From a virus (Duplodnaviria; Caudoviricetes), in IMG/VR virus record IMGVR_UViG_3300037088_000771, positions 77 through 64,076 of that record: a DNA stretch of 64,000 nt; one strand, written 5' to 3'. The notes below the pieces were generated by a model. The model saw only the letters and a program-made list of their open reading frames with translations, was not told the origin of the DNA and ran no database searches. The translations under genes were made by a program, and so were the position numbers. Every line of letters begins with the position of its first letter. Within the stretch, counting starts at the first letter, position 1. Shown one piece after another: positions 8,679 to 18,707 of the stretch.

Positions 8679-9203
8679 ATGATTAATGAAGTTAACCAGA
8701 AACATCCAAGTGCAAAAACATGTATAAAACAAATACCTGCAGGATTTAAGATAGTTGACAAATATTTCACATGGTATCAAGGCACAAAAAATTTAGATAT
8801 AGGTGGTGGGAAATATGACTTGATGACTGAAGAATTATTGAAGAAAGGTGTAACTAATTTGGTGTTTGACCCGTATAATAGAACTTGGCAACATAATCTA
8901 TGGGCATGTCAAATGGCTCTTGATGGAGTACATGGTGTTCATAGTGTAACGATCTTTAACGTATTGAATGTAATAGAAAATCTTTCAGACCAGTTGCATG
9001 TATTAAATCTGGCTAAACAGTTTCTTCTTAATGGCGGGGTAATTTATGTCAGATCAACTTATATGAATCCAGCAAAAGTTTCTGGAGTTACCAAATCGGG
9101 AACTTTTCAACATTATAAGACACAGAAAGAGTATTTGGAGATTGTGCAAATGGTATTTCCAAATGCAAAAATAATGCACGGATTGATAATAGCACATAAA
9201 TGA
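8679..9203 (+). CDS. SAM-dependent methyltransferase
   Basis: LDIGGG motif I, FDPYN, NVLNVI. Confidence 0.75.
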   Translation: MINEVNQKHPSAKTCIKQIPAGFKIVDKYFTWYQGTKNLDIGGGKYDLMTEELLKKGVTNLVFDPYNRTWQHNLWACQMALDGVHGVHSVTIFNVLNVIENLSDQLHVLNLAKQFLLNGGVIYVRSTYMNPAKVSGVTKSGTFQHYKTQKEYLEIVQMVFPNAKIMHGLIIAHK

Positions 9204-10234
9204 AAGAAAAAGAAGAACTTCATATAAATGAAGAACATTGGAAAAATATGTCGCCAATTGAATTAGAACATTTTGCTTGGGAAATTTTCATACATTACAG
9301 AAAAGAAGGATTTCCGTATTATCCAACAGATATGAAAAGCAGAAAGAAGGACTTTGAGAGTTTAATGAAGTATGACTTTAAAAGATTATTTGTTGGAAGT
9401 GCAATAATGCAATCAATGCACGGATTAGGACTTGCGTGGTCATATTTTCCACACTCGTTCAATGTTAAGTCAAATGATAAGATGACACCTTATGAGGCAT
9501 TCATGAATGATTTGATCTTCATGAAAGTCATAAGAAAAAGATTGCAGATAGGCACATACATAACAGATTCTGGTATAAGGAAAATGCTGAAGATATATAC
9601 TGGAGTTCAAGGTGTATCGAATTTCAGACCAACAGCAGCAGCATGCATTTATGATCGATTTGCGAAGGGCGGAGTAGTCTGGGATATGTCAGGTGGTTGG
9701 GGTGGTAGATTGCTTGGTGCAATTGCTGCAAAGGTCAGATTTTACTTTGCAACCGAACCAGCAACACTTACATATAATGGTTTGGCAGAAATGGCATATG
9801 ATTTGGGCAGTAGTATAGGTTACGAGATATTTAAATTAGGAAGCGAAGAGTATCGTCCAGTGAAAGAAAGTTTGGACTTGTGTTTTACTTCACCACCATA
9901 TTTTGATCTTGAAAAATATGCTGATGAATCAACCCAAAGTTATGTTAAGTTTAATAACAAACAGGCATGGATTGACGGATTTTTAAGACCAACATTTGAG
10001 AATTGTTTTTATGGTTTAAAACAGGGTGGCTATATGTTGATCAATATTGCAGATGTTAAAGGCAAACACAATATTAATTTAGAATTGGAAACAATAATAA
10101 CTGCTGAGAGTGTTGGTTTTACACATGAAGACACACTTCAATTAGCACTTTCAAATGTGAATTTGCGAGACAATGGTACGAACTTTAATTACAAGTATGA
10201 ACCTATTTATGTATTTAAGAAATGGAAAAGTTAA
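9200..10234 (+). CDS. DNA amino-methyltransferase
   Basis: NFRPT, DMSGGWGGRL, FTSPPYF. Confidence 0.85.
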   Translation: MKEKEELHINEEHWKNMSPIELEHFAWEIFIHYRKEGFPYYPTDMKSRKKDFESLMKYDFKRLFVGSAIMQSMHGLGLAWSYFPHSFNVKSNDKMTPYEAFMNDLIFMKVIRKRLQIGTYITDSGIRKMLKIYTGVQGVSNFRPTAAACIYDRFAKGGVVWDMSGGWGGRLLGAIAAKVRFYFATEPATLTYNGLAEMAYDLGSSIGYEIFKLGSEEYRPVKESLDLCFTSPPYFDLEKYADESTQSYVKFNNKQAWIDGFLRPTFENCFYGLKQGGYMLINIADVKGKHNINLELETIITAESVGFTHEDTLQLALSNVNLRDNGTNFNYKYEPIYVFKKWKS

Positions 10235-11316
10235 AGAAAATCGATTGGAAAGTTTTGCAGGAGTATGTTGATAACAGCTTAATTATTGCAAACAAGCACC
10301 CAGAATTAGATATCTGGATTCTTAACTATTCCCCAAAGGTTCAGTCTAAGAAGTTCTGGGACGAATACACTTTGTCTTGTCGTGGTTTAGTGATCGATGC
10401 TGAAGGTAACATCTTAGCACGTCCGTTTGAAAAATTCAAGAACTACGAAGAATATGACCCAGCAACAATTGACTGGTCAGAATACTTTGATGTATTTGAA
10501 AAGATGGATGGTTCACTTATTATATTGTTCTACTACGAGCCAAGAATGAAGTGGATTGTAGCTTCAAGAGGGTCATTTATTTCAGAACAGGCACTTGAAG
10601 CACAGAAGATGCTTACTTTGACAGACTATGAAAAGCTGAACACAGAAAGCACATATTTGTTTGAAGTATTGTATCCAGAAAACCGTATTGTTGTTGACTA
10701 TGGTGAAAGACGAGAACTCGTGTTACTTGCAGTTATCGACACTGTTTCTGGTAATGAATTATCTCACGACACAGTAAGCGAGACATATTCAAAGTACTTT
10801 ACTGTTGTAAAGAAATTTCAGTTCAAGACTTTCAATGAATTGAGAGAAATGATTATAAGTGGTGAAGATAACAAGGAAGGTTTTGTTGTTAGATTTGCAA
10901 GCGGTTTAAGAATGAAGATGAAATATGCTGAATACTGCAGACTGCACGTGATCTTAACAAACGTTTCAAACTTAACTGTTTGGGAACACCTGATGAACCA
11001 CTATGATTTTGACGCACTTTATGACAGAGTGCCTGATGAATTTTACAACTGGTTGAAAAAAACAATTAAAATCATCCAGACTGATTTCAATGAAATCGAA
11101 AGAGTGGCATTGAAAGAATTTATCAGAATTTACTATGTGAATGGTATTGGAATTAATGGCAATAAAAAAGATTTTGCAATGGAGGCAATGAAGACAGAAT
11201 ACCAGTCAATATTGTTTAAATTGTATGATAAACGATCATATGACGATATCATTTGGAAAATGGTAAGACCAATCTACAGCAAACCTTTCCGAGACGGGTT
11301 TGAATATAGCGTCTAA
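10222..11316 (+). CDS. RNA ligase, T4 RnlA family
   Basis: CRGLV..G..ARPFEKF, EKMDGS, NRIVVDY, EGFVV. Confidence 0.9.
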   Translation: MEKLKKIDWKVLQEYVDNSLIIANKHPELDIWILNYSPKVQSKKFWDEYTLSCRGLVIDAEGNILARPFEKFKNYEEYDPATIDWSEYFDVFEKMDGSLIILFYYEPRMKWIVASRGSFISEQALEAQKMLTLTDYEKLNTESTYLFEVLYPENRIVVDYGERRELVLLAVIDTVSGNELSHDTVSETYSKYFTVVKKFQFKTFNELREMIISGEDNKEGFVVRFASGLRMKMKYAEYCRLHVILTNVSNLTVWEHLMNHYDFDALYDRVPDEFYNWLKKTIKIIQTDFNEIERVALKEFIRIYYVNGIGINGNKKDFAMEAMKTEYQSILFKLYDKRSYDDIIWKMVRPIYSKPFRDGFEYSV

Positions 11317-11366
11317 GCGAAGAGAAATCTTCGCTTTTTTTATGTATTTATAGTAAACTATTTACT

Positions 11367-12155
11367 ATGAGTATATTTACCATTTTAACTAAAACTGAGA
11401 CAACCCCTCAAAGAAAATTCGGTTGGAAACGTGACTTACACGATCAAAATGACTTTAAATTTAAAGTAATAGCACCTGTACCAACACCACCAATAGTTGA
11501 TCTTACATCATTCTGTCCACCTGTATATGATCAGGGTGATCTTGGTAGTTGTACTGCAAATGCTTTGGCTGCAGCATATGAGTTTGAAAAAATGAAACAA
11601 CAACAACCATATTTTATGCCTTCACGACTTTTCATTTATTACAATGAAAGAGTAATGGAAAAGACAGTGAAATCAGATGCAGGTGCAGCACTCAGAGACG
11701 GTATTAAATCACTGGATACTCAAGGTGTTTGTCCTGAAGACATGTGGGCATATAATGTTAAGAAATTCGCAAGTAAACCATCTTGCAGATGTTATTCAAC
11801 AGCAAAGAAAAATGAAATAAAAGAATATCTTAGTGTTAATCACACATCAATTGATGATATAAGACAATGTTTTGCACAAGGTTATCCAATTGCATTTGGT
11901 ATCAGTGTTTATGAATCATTCATGTCAGATGAAGTTAAAAAAACAGGTATTGTACCAATGCCAAAACCAGACGAATCACTTGAAGGTGGTCATGCAATAT
12001 TGGGAGTAGGATATAATGACACTAAAAGAATGGTACTTGTTAGAAATAGTTGGGGCACAGAATGGGGACTTAAAGGATATTTCTTATTACCATACGAATA
12101 TATTACTTCTACTCAATTAGCATCAGACTTTTGGACAATTAGATTGGTAGCATAA
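11367..12155 (+). CDS. papain-like C1 cysteine peptidase
   Basis: DQGDLGSCTANA, GGHA, RNSWG.WG..GYF. Confidence 0.92.
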   Translation: MSIFTILTKTETTPQRKFGWKRDLHDQNDFKFKVIAPVPTPPIVDLTSFCPPVYDQGDLGSCTANALAAAYEFEKMKQQQPYFMPSRLFIYYNERVMEKTVKSDAGAALRDGIKSLDTQGVCPEDMWAYNVKKFASKPSCRCYSTAKKNEIKEYLSVNHTSIDDIRQCFAQGYPIAFGISVYESFMSDEVKKTGIVPMPKPDESLEGGHAILGVGYNDTKRMVLVRNSWGTEWGLKGYFLLPYEYITSTQLASDFWTIRLVA

Positions 12156-12692
12156 ATGAAAAATCTCGTAGATATCATAAGAGAAGAATATAATCACACT
12201 AATTATTTAAAGTGGAAACGACAAAACGTAACACTCAGGGGTGTACGTGGTAATGTCGGCACACCTAATAGTGAAGATGGAGAAGGAAATTTCTTAACTG
12301 CTTTTGGTGATGTGCTGGGTAGAGGTTTATATACGGCTGCTTTAAGCAATAAAGGAATGGCAAAATCATACGGCAAATTATATTATGTAATGAATGCTAT
12401 ACCAAAACATCCGATGGTTTTCAATACTTTAAATGATTGGCAAATCTGGTTTGGCAATACACTTGTGGGCGATTATGCAAAACAAAGGGGTGCAAACTAT
12501 CCAGACAAACGAATTTTCAATGCCGAAACAACCATTGAAAAAGAAATGCAGAAGCGTGGTTATGACGGAATTATAATAAGAGGAAGAGAAATGGTTAACT
12601 TCACACCACCCGATAATGTAATGTATTTCACTAATGAACAAGAATTAATGAATTATTATGAAATCGTAATTGAAAAAAATATTGAAAATTAA
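12156..12692 (+). CDS. putative ADP-ribosyltransferase-like protein
   Basis: LRG...GRGLYT...GYDGII...E.V.F pattern; IIREE N-terminus. Confidence 0.45.
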   Translation: MKNLVDIIREEYNHTNYLKWKRQNVTLRGVRGNVGTPNSEDGEGNFLTAFGDVLGRGLYTAALSNKGMAKSYGKLYYVMNAIPKHPMVFNTLNDWQIWFGNTLVGDYAKQRGANYPDKRIFNAETTIEKEMQKRGYDGIIIRGREMVNFTPPDNVMYFTNEQELMNYYEIVIEKNIEN

Positions 12693-13141
12693 TGAATGTC
12701 TTAAACATTATAAAAGAGGAAATTAATAAATTTGTTTCTGAATCATATGAAGATGTCGGGATTGATTACATTATGAATGATTCAAAGAAATTAAAGGATT
12801 ATCAAGATTATAAGAATAAAAAAATTATTAATGGTATTACATATCTTAATTTTGCAAGCACATTTGATGACGATTGGTATATTTGGAATACAATAAAAGC
12901 ATTTGATAATATTGACGGTACTGAAGTTGGAAATGTTTCATACGGCAAAGAAAAAGAAAATGATATATTAAAAGCAACGATAGATGTAAGACCAGATAAA
13001 AGAAGATTGGGCATTGGTAGTAATATGTATAAATGGATTGAAGAATTAACAGGCGAAAAACTTTACCCCGATGCGCCTCATAGTCAATTGGCTGCAAAAT
13101 TTTGGAATAGTCCAAAAAGAACTTTTGGTTATGATAAATAA
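12692..13141 (+). CDS. GNAT-family acetyltransferase
   Basis: VRPDKRRLGIGS motif A; AAKFW. Confidence 0.75.
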   Translation: MNVLNIIKEEINKFVSESYEDVGIDYIMNDSKKLKDYQDYKNKKIINGITYLNFASTFDDDWYIWNTIKAFDNIDGTEVGNVSYGKEKENDILKATIDVRPDKRRLGIGSNMYKWIEELTGEKLYPDAPHSQLAAKFWNSPKRTFGYDK

Positions 13142-13192
13142 AATAATTTAAAAATAACTGTATTTTTATTTGGAAATGTCGTATTTATAAAA

Positions 13193-13200
13193 TACATTTG
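13193..13200 (+). promoter_or_regulatory. Bacteroidota sigma-A -7 element (TAnnTTTG)
   Basis: tacatttg with upstream tttg; same box at 24625, 32987, 36832 and before several other genes. Confidence 0.65.
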
Positions 13201-13238
13201 TCACCTGAAGTATTAACAAATAGATAAAGAACAAAACA

Positions 13239-13331
13239 ATGAGAACGTTTGGTACATATTATTACGGTAAAAAATCTTATAAGAAACAGCTTATAGGAAT
13301 CGGGAATACTATGACCAAAGGTAAAAGATAA
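13239..13331 (+). CDS. Tyr/Lys-rich attenuator leader peptide (30 aa)
   Basis: MRTFGTYYYGKKSYKKQLIGIGNTMTKGKR*, followed by a terminator and Lys/Tyr tRNAs. Confidence 0.8.
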   Translation: MRTFGTYYYGKKSYKKQLIGIGNTMTKGKR

Positions 13332-13360
13332 CTTTCGTACTTTTTTTCATAATTAAGATT

Positions 13361-13389
13361 AACCCGATTCGCAAGATCGGGTTTTTTTT
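13361..13389 (+). terminator. attenuator terminator
   Basis: aacccgattc-gcaa-gatcgggtt plus T run; 5' arm complementary to gaatcggg in the leader (13297-13304). Confidence 0.85.
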
Positions 13390-13518
13390 GCATAAAAACG
13401 CATATTCTTGCATAAAAACGCATAGATTATGAAAAACAGGTAGAAAATGACATATTTTATGAAAAACAGTTATTTGTTATGAAAAACGTTTAAAAAACGA
13501 TAGTTTTTGTGAAAAACG
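13389..13518. repeat. short degenerate repeats (tgcataaaaacgcata x2; t(a/g)tgaaaaac x4)
   Basis: Visible between the terminator and the first tRNA-Lys. Confidence 0.7.
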
Positions 13519-13523
13519 GGTTT

Positions 13524-13596
13524 GCGCTCGTAACTCAGTTGGTAGAGTAACGGACCTTTAATCCGTGAGTCAAGGGTTCGACCCCCTTCGGGCGCA
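13524..13596 (+). tRNA. tRNA-Lys(TTT), C33 variant
   Basis: acgga-ccTTTaa-tccgt. Confidence 0.85.
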
Positions 13597-13649
13597 CTGA
13601 GGTAGAATTTAGGTATTTTCTGTATCCCTGATAACTGAAATATCCACAC

Positions 13650-13721
13650 CCACTCGTAGCAAAGTGGCTATGCTACCGCCCTTTAAGCGGACTCACGTAG
13701 GTTCGATTCCTACCGAGTGGA
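13650..13721 (+). tRNA. tRNA-Lys(TTT), C33 variant
   Basis: ccgc-ccTTTaa-gcgg; acceptor ccactcg/cgagtgg. Confidence 0.8.
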
Positions 13722-13726
13722 CAACT

Positions 13727-13808
13727 GGAAATGTTGGGTGCTGGAATACCCAAGAGTCTGTAAAACTCCCGCTTCGGCATGTTGGTTCGAGTCCAACCAT
13801 TTCCACCA
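13727..13808 (+). tRNA. tRNA-Tyr(GTA)
   Basis: gagt-ctGTAaa-actc; variable arm; CCA. Confidence 0.88.
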
Positions 13809-13813
13809 AATTT

Positions 13814-13899
13814 GGGATTGCGCTATCGTGGGAGAGATAGGCTGGTCTGTAAAACCAGTGCCATTGGCTGAGTGGGTTCGAATCCCACCAATCCCACCA
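13814..13899 (+). tRNA. tRNA-Tyr(GTA)
   Basis: ctggt-ctGTAaa-accag; CCA. Confidence 0.88.
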
Positions 13900-13901
13900 A
13901 T

Positions 13902-13973
13902 ACATTCGTAGCAAAACGGTTATGCTCCCGCCCCTTAAGCGGACAGACGTGGGTTCGACCCCCACCGAATGCA
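13902..13973 (+). tRNA. tRNA-Lys(CTT), C33 variant
   Basis: ccgc-ccCTTaa-gcgg; 1:72 mismatch. Confidence 0.75.
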
Positions 13974-14383
13974 CAAAATTTTTATTATGGAAACAATTAA
14001 AACAATTGTAAACGGAACAGAAGCAACTTTAAGCCACATATGTAATGGCAAAGCATGCTTCAAGATTATGACAGCAGAACACAGTTATCAACTTGAAATT
14101 GACTTGATGGATTCTGAGTGGAAAGACGTGTACGTATATCCAGTATACAAGACAATTACTTTAATGCGCTGGATACGAAAAGGCATTGAAAAAGATGATG
14201 ATTCATTCATCATGCTAAAATAATTTCTCAGTAGATCATGGAAACTTACAAAATTTATTTTTTGTAAGTTTTTTTATTTCAATAAGTTATAATTTTTATT
14301 TAGTCTAAATTAAAATTATCTTGCTTTTTTAATTAAAAGTATTTATATTTACAAAAATAATTTTATGCTTAAGTTTATGAAAA

Positions 14384-15235
14384 ATGGCAGATAAAAAAAA
14401 GAAAAAAGTCACCACAACTGTAGTGACAACCGTTACTGAAGAAACAATCGTTCCAGTTAACGAGAAAACTCATATCATTTGTATCCTTGACCGTAGTGGT
14501 TCAATGAGAAGTATTATAGGTGCTTCTATTAGTGGATTCAATGAATTTCTTGGAAAACAAAAAGCATTACCAGATAAAGCAACAATTTCGGTTGTATTAT
14601 TTGATGATCGCTATGAACCTCTTTTTGATAATATAGATATCAAAAAAGTAGAAGACCTTACATTGGAAGTTTGGACTCCAAGAGGCATGACAGCATTGTA
14701 TGATGCTATTGGTAAAACAATTAATATTGAAAAAGCAAAACTCGCTAAACTTGGTGACGAAGCACCTTCAAAAGTATTAGTTTGTATCGTAACTGACGGT
14801 GAAGAAAACGACAGCAAAGAATACAAAGGCGAAGAAGGCAGAAAACAAATCGTTAAACTCATTAAAGAATGTGAAAAAGAAGATTGGAACTTCTTATATC
14901 TTGCAGCAAATCAAGACGCATTTGCAGTTGGTAGCGGTTTTGGTATAAGTCGTGGCAACACTATTACATATAATGCAACCCCACAAGGCGTATCACATAT
15001 GAGTGCAACACTTAACTGTGTTTCTACTTCTTACAGAGGTATGAGTGCAAACAGTGGTGATTTCCAGAAGAAATCAAAATCATTGATTGCTGACAATGAA
15101 CCAGAAGATGATAAAAATGACCCACAAAACCTAACTGGTAGTATTACCACAACAGGTGTTGCTGGTGGAAATTTTACTATTACAAACAGTAATCAATCAA
15201 ATACTGCTGTTCTTGACCCAAAAGATAAAAAGTAA
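14384..15235 (+). CDS. vWA domain protein
   Basis: ILDRSGSM MIDAS, TALYDAIG, VTDGEEN. Confidence 0.9.
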   Translation: MADKKKKKVTTTVVTTVTEETIVPVNEKTHIICILDRSGSMRSIIGASISGFNEFLGKQKALPDKATISVVLFDDRYEPLFDNIDIKKVEDLTLEVWTPRGMTALYDAIGKTINIEKAKLAKLGDEAPSKVLVCIVTDGEENDSKEYKGEEGRKQIVKLIKECEKEDWNFLYLAANQDAFAVGSGFGISRGNTITYNATPQGVSHMSATLNCVSTSYRGMSANSGDFQKKSKSLIADNEPEDDKNDPQNLTGSITTTGVAGGNFTITNSNQSNTAVLDPKDKK

Positions 15236-15424
15236 TTTCTGTTTTTATATTAAATCCGTTTTTTTTAAGGGGTGCTTTTTGCACCCTTTTTTATTTAAAA
15301 GTGTATGCCTGAATGATTTAAAAATTATTTAATTATTATTAATAATAATTGATTAAAACCTTGTATTTATGATAGCTTATCGATATATTTGCATTCATAA
15401 ATTTTATAAAAAATTATTAATTCT

Positions 15425-17980
15425 ATGCCTAATAAAAATCTCAAAAGTTTTTCCAAACAAGAAGTCGAAAAATCAACATTACAATATTTTAATCTTGATG
15501 AATTAGCTGCCCACGTTTGGATGAAAAAATATTGCTTAAAAGACGAAAAAAATTACTACGAACTCAATCCAGACGACATGCATCATCGTATTGCAAAAGA
15601 AATTGCAAGAACAGAAGCAAAATATCCCAACCCAATCTCCGAAGAAGATGTTTACGATTCAATAAAAAATTTTGAAAGAATTATACCGCAAGGTTCACCA
15701 ATGTCAGGCATTGGCAATAATCTTCAGGTTGTAAGTCTCTCTAATTGTTTTGTTGTGGGTAATGATGGAGAAAGTGACAGTTATGGCGGTATTTTGAAAC
15801 TTGATCAAGAAGTCGTACAATTAGAAAAGAGACGTGGCGGTGTTGGTACTGACTTATCATTTATAAGACCTTCTGGAAGTCCTGTAAAGAACTCTGCAAT
15901 CACTTCTACAGGCGTTGTACCTTTCATGGAGAGATATTCTAATACAACAAAAGAAGTGGCACAGGATGGTCGTAGAGGGGCATTAATGTTATCTATCTCA
16001 ATCAAGCATCCTGACAGCGAAAAATTTATTGATGCTAAGTTTGAACAAGGTAAAGTTACAGGTGCAAACGTGTCGGTAAAAGTCACTGACGACTTCATGA
16101 ATTCAGTCGTACACGGCACAACATTTCAACAACAATTTCCCATAACTGGTAATAATCCTAAAGTGGTTAAAAGTGTTGACGCATTAAAAATCTGGAACAA
16201 AATTATTCATAATGCATGGCGTTCAGCCGAACCCGGTGTTCTATTCTGGGATGCTGTTCTTCGTGAAAGTATACCTGATTGTTATGCTGATTTAGGTTTT
16301 AAAACAACGTCAACCAATCCTTGTGGTGAAATACCATTATGTAATGATGATAGCTGTCGTTTATTATCATTGAATTTATTTGGTTATGTTAAATTTCCGT
16401 TTACTAAAGATGCTTATTTTGATTGGGATATGTTCATAAAAGACGTAATACTTGCTATGCGTTACATGGACGATATTGTTGATCTTGAAATCGAAAAAAT
16501 TGATGCAATTCTTGCTAAAATAAAATCAGACCCTGAAGACGAATTTCTTAAGATATATGAAATTAAACTCTGGGAAAGAATTAAAGATAAAACAAAGAAA
16601 GGTCGTAGAACTGGATTAGGCGTAACAGCAGAAGGCGACATGCTTGCTTCTATTGGACTCAGATATGGTACTGAAGAAGCAACAACGTTCAGTGTTGAAG
16701 TACATAAAACATTGAAGTTAAATGCATATAGATCAAGTGTTATAATGGCACAAGAACGTGGTGCATTTCCAATATATGATGCTGAAAGAGAAATAAATAA
16801 TCCTTTTATAACAAGAATTCTGGAAGAAGATGAAGTATTATATGCTGAAATGGTTACTTATGGCAGAAGAAACATTGCTTTACTTACCATAGCACCAACT
16901 GGTACAGCCAGCTTAATGACACAAACAACTTCTGGTATTGAACCACTTTTTGCTGCATTTTATAAAAGACGCAGAAAGATCAATCCACAAGAGAAAGACG
17001 TTAAAATTAATTTCGTTGACGAAGAAGGTATTGCATGGCAAGAGTATCCTGTATTTCACCTTAAATTTGAAATGTGGCTTCAAGCAAACGGATATGATGT
17101 TGATATAGTTAAATCAATGGATGACAATCAGCTTAATGAGATTGTTAAGAAATCACCTTATTATAAAGCAACCGCAAATGATGTTGATTGGGTAAAGAAA
17201 GTTGAAATGCAAGGTCGTATACAAAAACATGTTGATCATAGTATTTCAGTAACAGTCAATCTACCAAAAGATATCAGCGAAGAAATGGTTGCAAAAATAT
17301 ATGTGACTGGTTGGAAATTTAAATGCAAAGGAATGACTGTTTATCGTGATGGCAGTCGTAGTGGTGTGCTTATTGCTGATGATTCAAAGAAAGAAGAAAA
17401 ACTCCAAGAAAATAATGCACCCAAACGTCCTAAAAGATTAAAAGGTGAGATACATCGTTTTCAGAATAATCTTGAAAAATGGATTGCAGTTGTGGGTATG
17501 AAAGATGGTAGACCATATGAAATATTCACTGGTAAACTTGAAAACGGATTGAGTAAATTACCACCACATGTAAAAGAATGTGAAGTTGTTAAAAACATTA
17601 TTGAAGGTGTTGATGCAGAAGGCAAACCTACCAGAACCAAACGATATGACATTGAATATGTTGACTCTGATGGTGTAAAACAAACGCATACAGGACTTAA
17701 TCACGCATTCAATCCTGAATTCTGGAACTATGCAAAACTGATCTCAGGTATAATGAGACACGGAATGCCAATACTTAAACAGTATGAACTTATTGACTCA
17801 CTTAACTTTAGTCAGGATTATATCAATACATGGAAGAATGGTGTGGCACGTGTGATCAAAAGATATATTAAAGATGGTGAGAAAGGTAGAGGTAGATGCA
17901 CAGAATGTGGTAGCGAAGAGTTGATATATAGCGAAGGTTGCCTAATATGTAAATCATGCGGAAGCAGTAAATGCGGATAA
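15425..17980 (+). CDS. nrdJ: class II (adenosylcobalamin-dependent) ribonucleotide reductase
   Basis: SLSNCFV, QDGRRGA, TNPCGE, TIAPTGT, YRDGSR, C-terminal Zn ribbon; no beta subunit nearby. Confidence 0.9.
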   Translation: MPNKNLKSFSKQEVEKSTLQYFNLDELAAHVWMKKYCLKDEKNYYELNPDDMHHRIAKEIARTEAKYPNPISEEDVYDSIKNFERIIPQGSPMSGIGNNLQVVSLSNCFVVGNDGESDSYGGILKLDQEVVQLEKRRGGVGTDLSFIRPSGSPVKNSAITSTGVVPFMERYSNTTKEVAQDGRRGALMLSISIKHPDSEKFIDAKFEQGKVTGANVSVKVTDDFMNSVVHGTTFQQQFPITGNNPKVVKSVDALKIWNKIIHNAWRSAEPGVLFWDAVLRESIPDCYADLGFKTTSTNPCGEIPLCNDDSCRLLSLNLFGYVKFPFTKDAYFDWDMFIKDVILAMRYMDDIVDLEIEKIDAILAKIKSDPEDEFLKIYEIKLWERIKDKTKKGRRTGLGVTAEGDMLASIGLRYGTEEATTFSVEVHKTLKLNAYRSSVIMAQERGAFPIYDAEREINNPFITRILEEDEVLYAEMVTYGRRNIALLTIAPTGTASLMTQTTSGIEPLFAAFYKRRRKINPQEKDVKINFVDEEGIAWQEYPVFHLKFEMWLQANGYDVDIVKSMDDNQLNEIVKKSPYYKATANDVDWVKKVEMQGRIQKHVDHSISVTVNLPKDISEEMVAKIYVTGWKFKCKGMTVYRDGSRSGVLIADDSKKEEKLQENNAPKRPKRLKGEIHRFQNNLEKWIAVVGMKDGRPYEIFTGKLENGLSKLPPHVKECEVVKNIIEGVDAEGKPTRTKRYDIEYVDSDGVKQTHTGLNHAFNPEFWNYAKLISGIMRHGMPILKQYELIDSLNFSQDYINTWKNGVARVIKRYIKDGEKGRGRCTECGSEELIYSEGCLICKSCGSSKCG

Positions 17981-18166
17981 TTATGCCAAAGACAAACATT
18001 AATGACATATTTAAGAAAGGAGCAAAGTTTAAAGTAAGAAAACTTGACTTTAATGACCCAGAAGTTATTAAGATGGTTAATGCTGTTAAAGAAGAACAGA
18101 AAAAAATCTTAAAAAGAAAAGAAATTGATTGGGAAAAAATGCGTAATACTGTGATTAATATTTAAT

Positions 18167-18421
18167 ATGCCGAAAACAAAATATAGTCATAAGTATTTTA
18201 AAAATATTGATTGTAAATATTTTCCATGTCACAAAATAAAAAATGATGGTTTTTTTAATTGTTTATTCTGTTTTTGTCCATTATTTTTGGATAAAAACTG
18301 TGGTGGTAAGTATTTATTGATAAATGAAATAAAAGATTGTAGCGATTGTACAATTGTTCATAATAAAGCAGGATATAAATTTATTTGCTCAAAATTGAAA
18401 AAAAGTACAAAAGTTCTTTGA
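18167..18421 (+). CDS. cysteine-rich small-domain protein
   Basis: CKYFPCH..FNCLFCFCPL..CGG..KDCSDC..H. Confidence 0.8.
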   Translation: MPKTKYSHKYFKNIDCKYFPCHKIKNDGFFNCLFCFCPLFLDKNCGGKYLLINEIKDCSDCTIVHNKAGYKFICSKLKKSTKVL

Positions 18422-18707
18422 AATTAAATTTAATTGTAATATATTTGCTTTCTAAAATCAGTTGAATATGATTATACAAGAAAGCAAACTTGTTAGAAAA
18501 GTTTCGCCAGCGCATAGTGAATTTCAAAATTACGGCTATGTTGACGGATATTTTCTAACTATTGATGATTTAGCCAGACTCGTAAGAGATTTTCAAGCAG
18601 ACTGCCACGATGGTTTTGTTAGCAACGATAAATCTTACATTAAAGCATGGCTAAGTAAACATAACCAAATTGTAAAAAATAAATAACTGTAATATAAAAT
18701 TAATTGT

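Noticed and set aside
13389-13518. Possible CRISPR array (also 221-315)
   Set aside because: Repeats are too short, irregular or only two copies, with no regular unique spacers and no cas genes.
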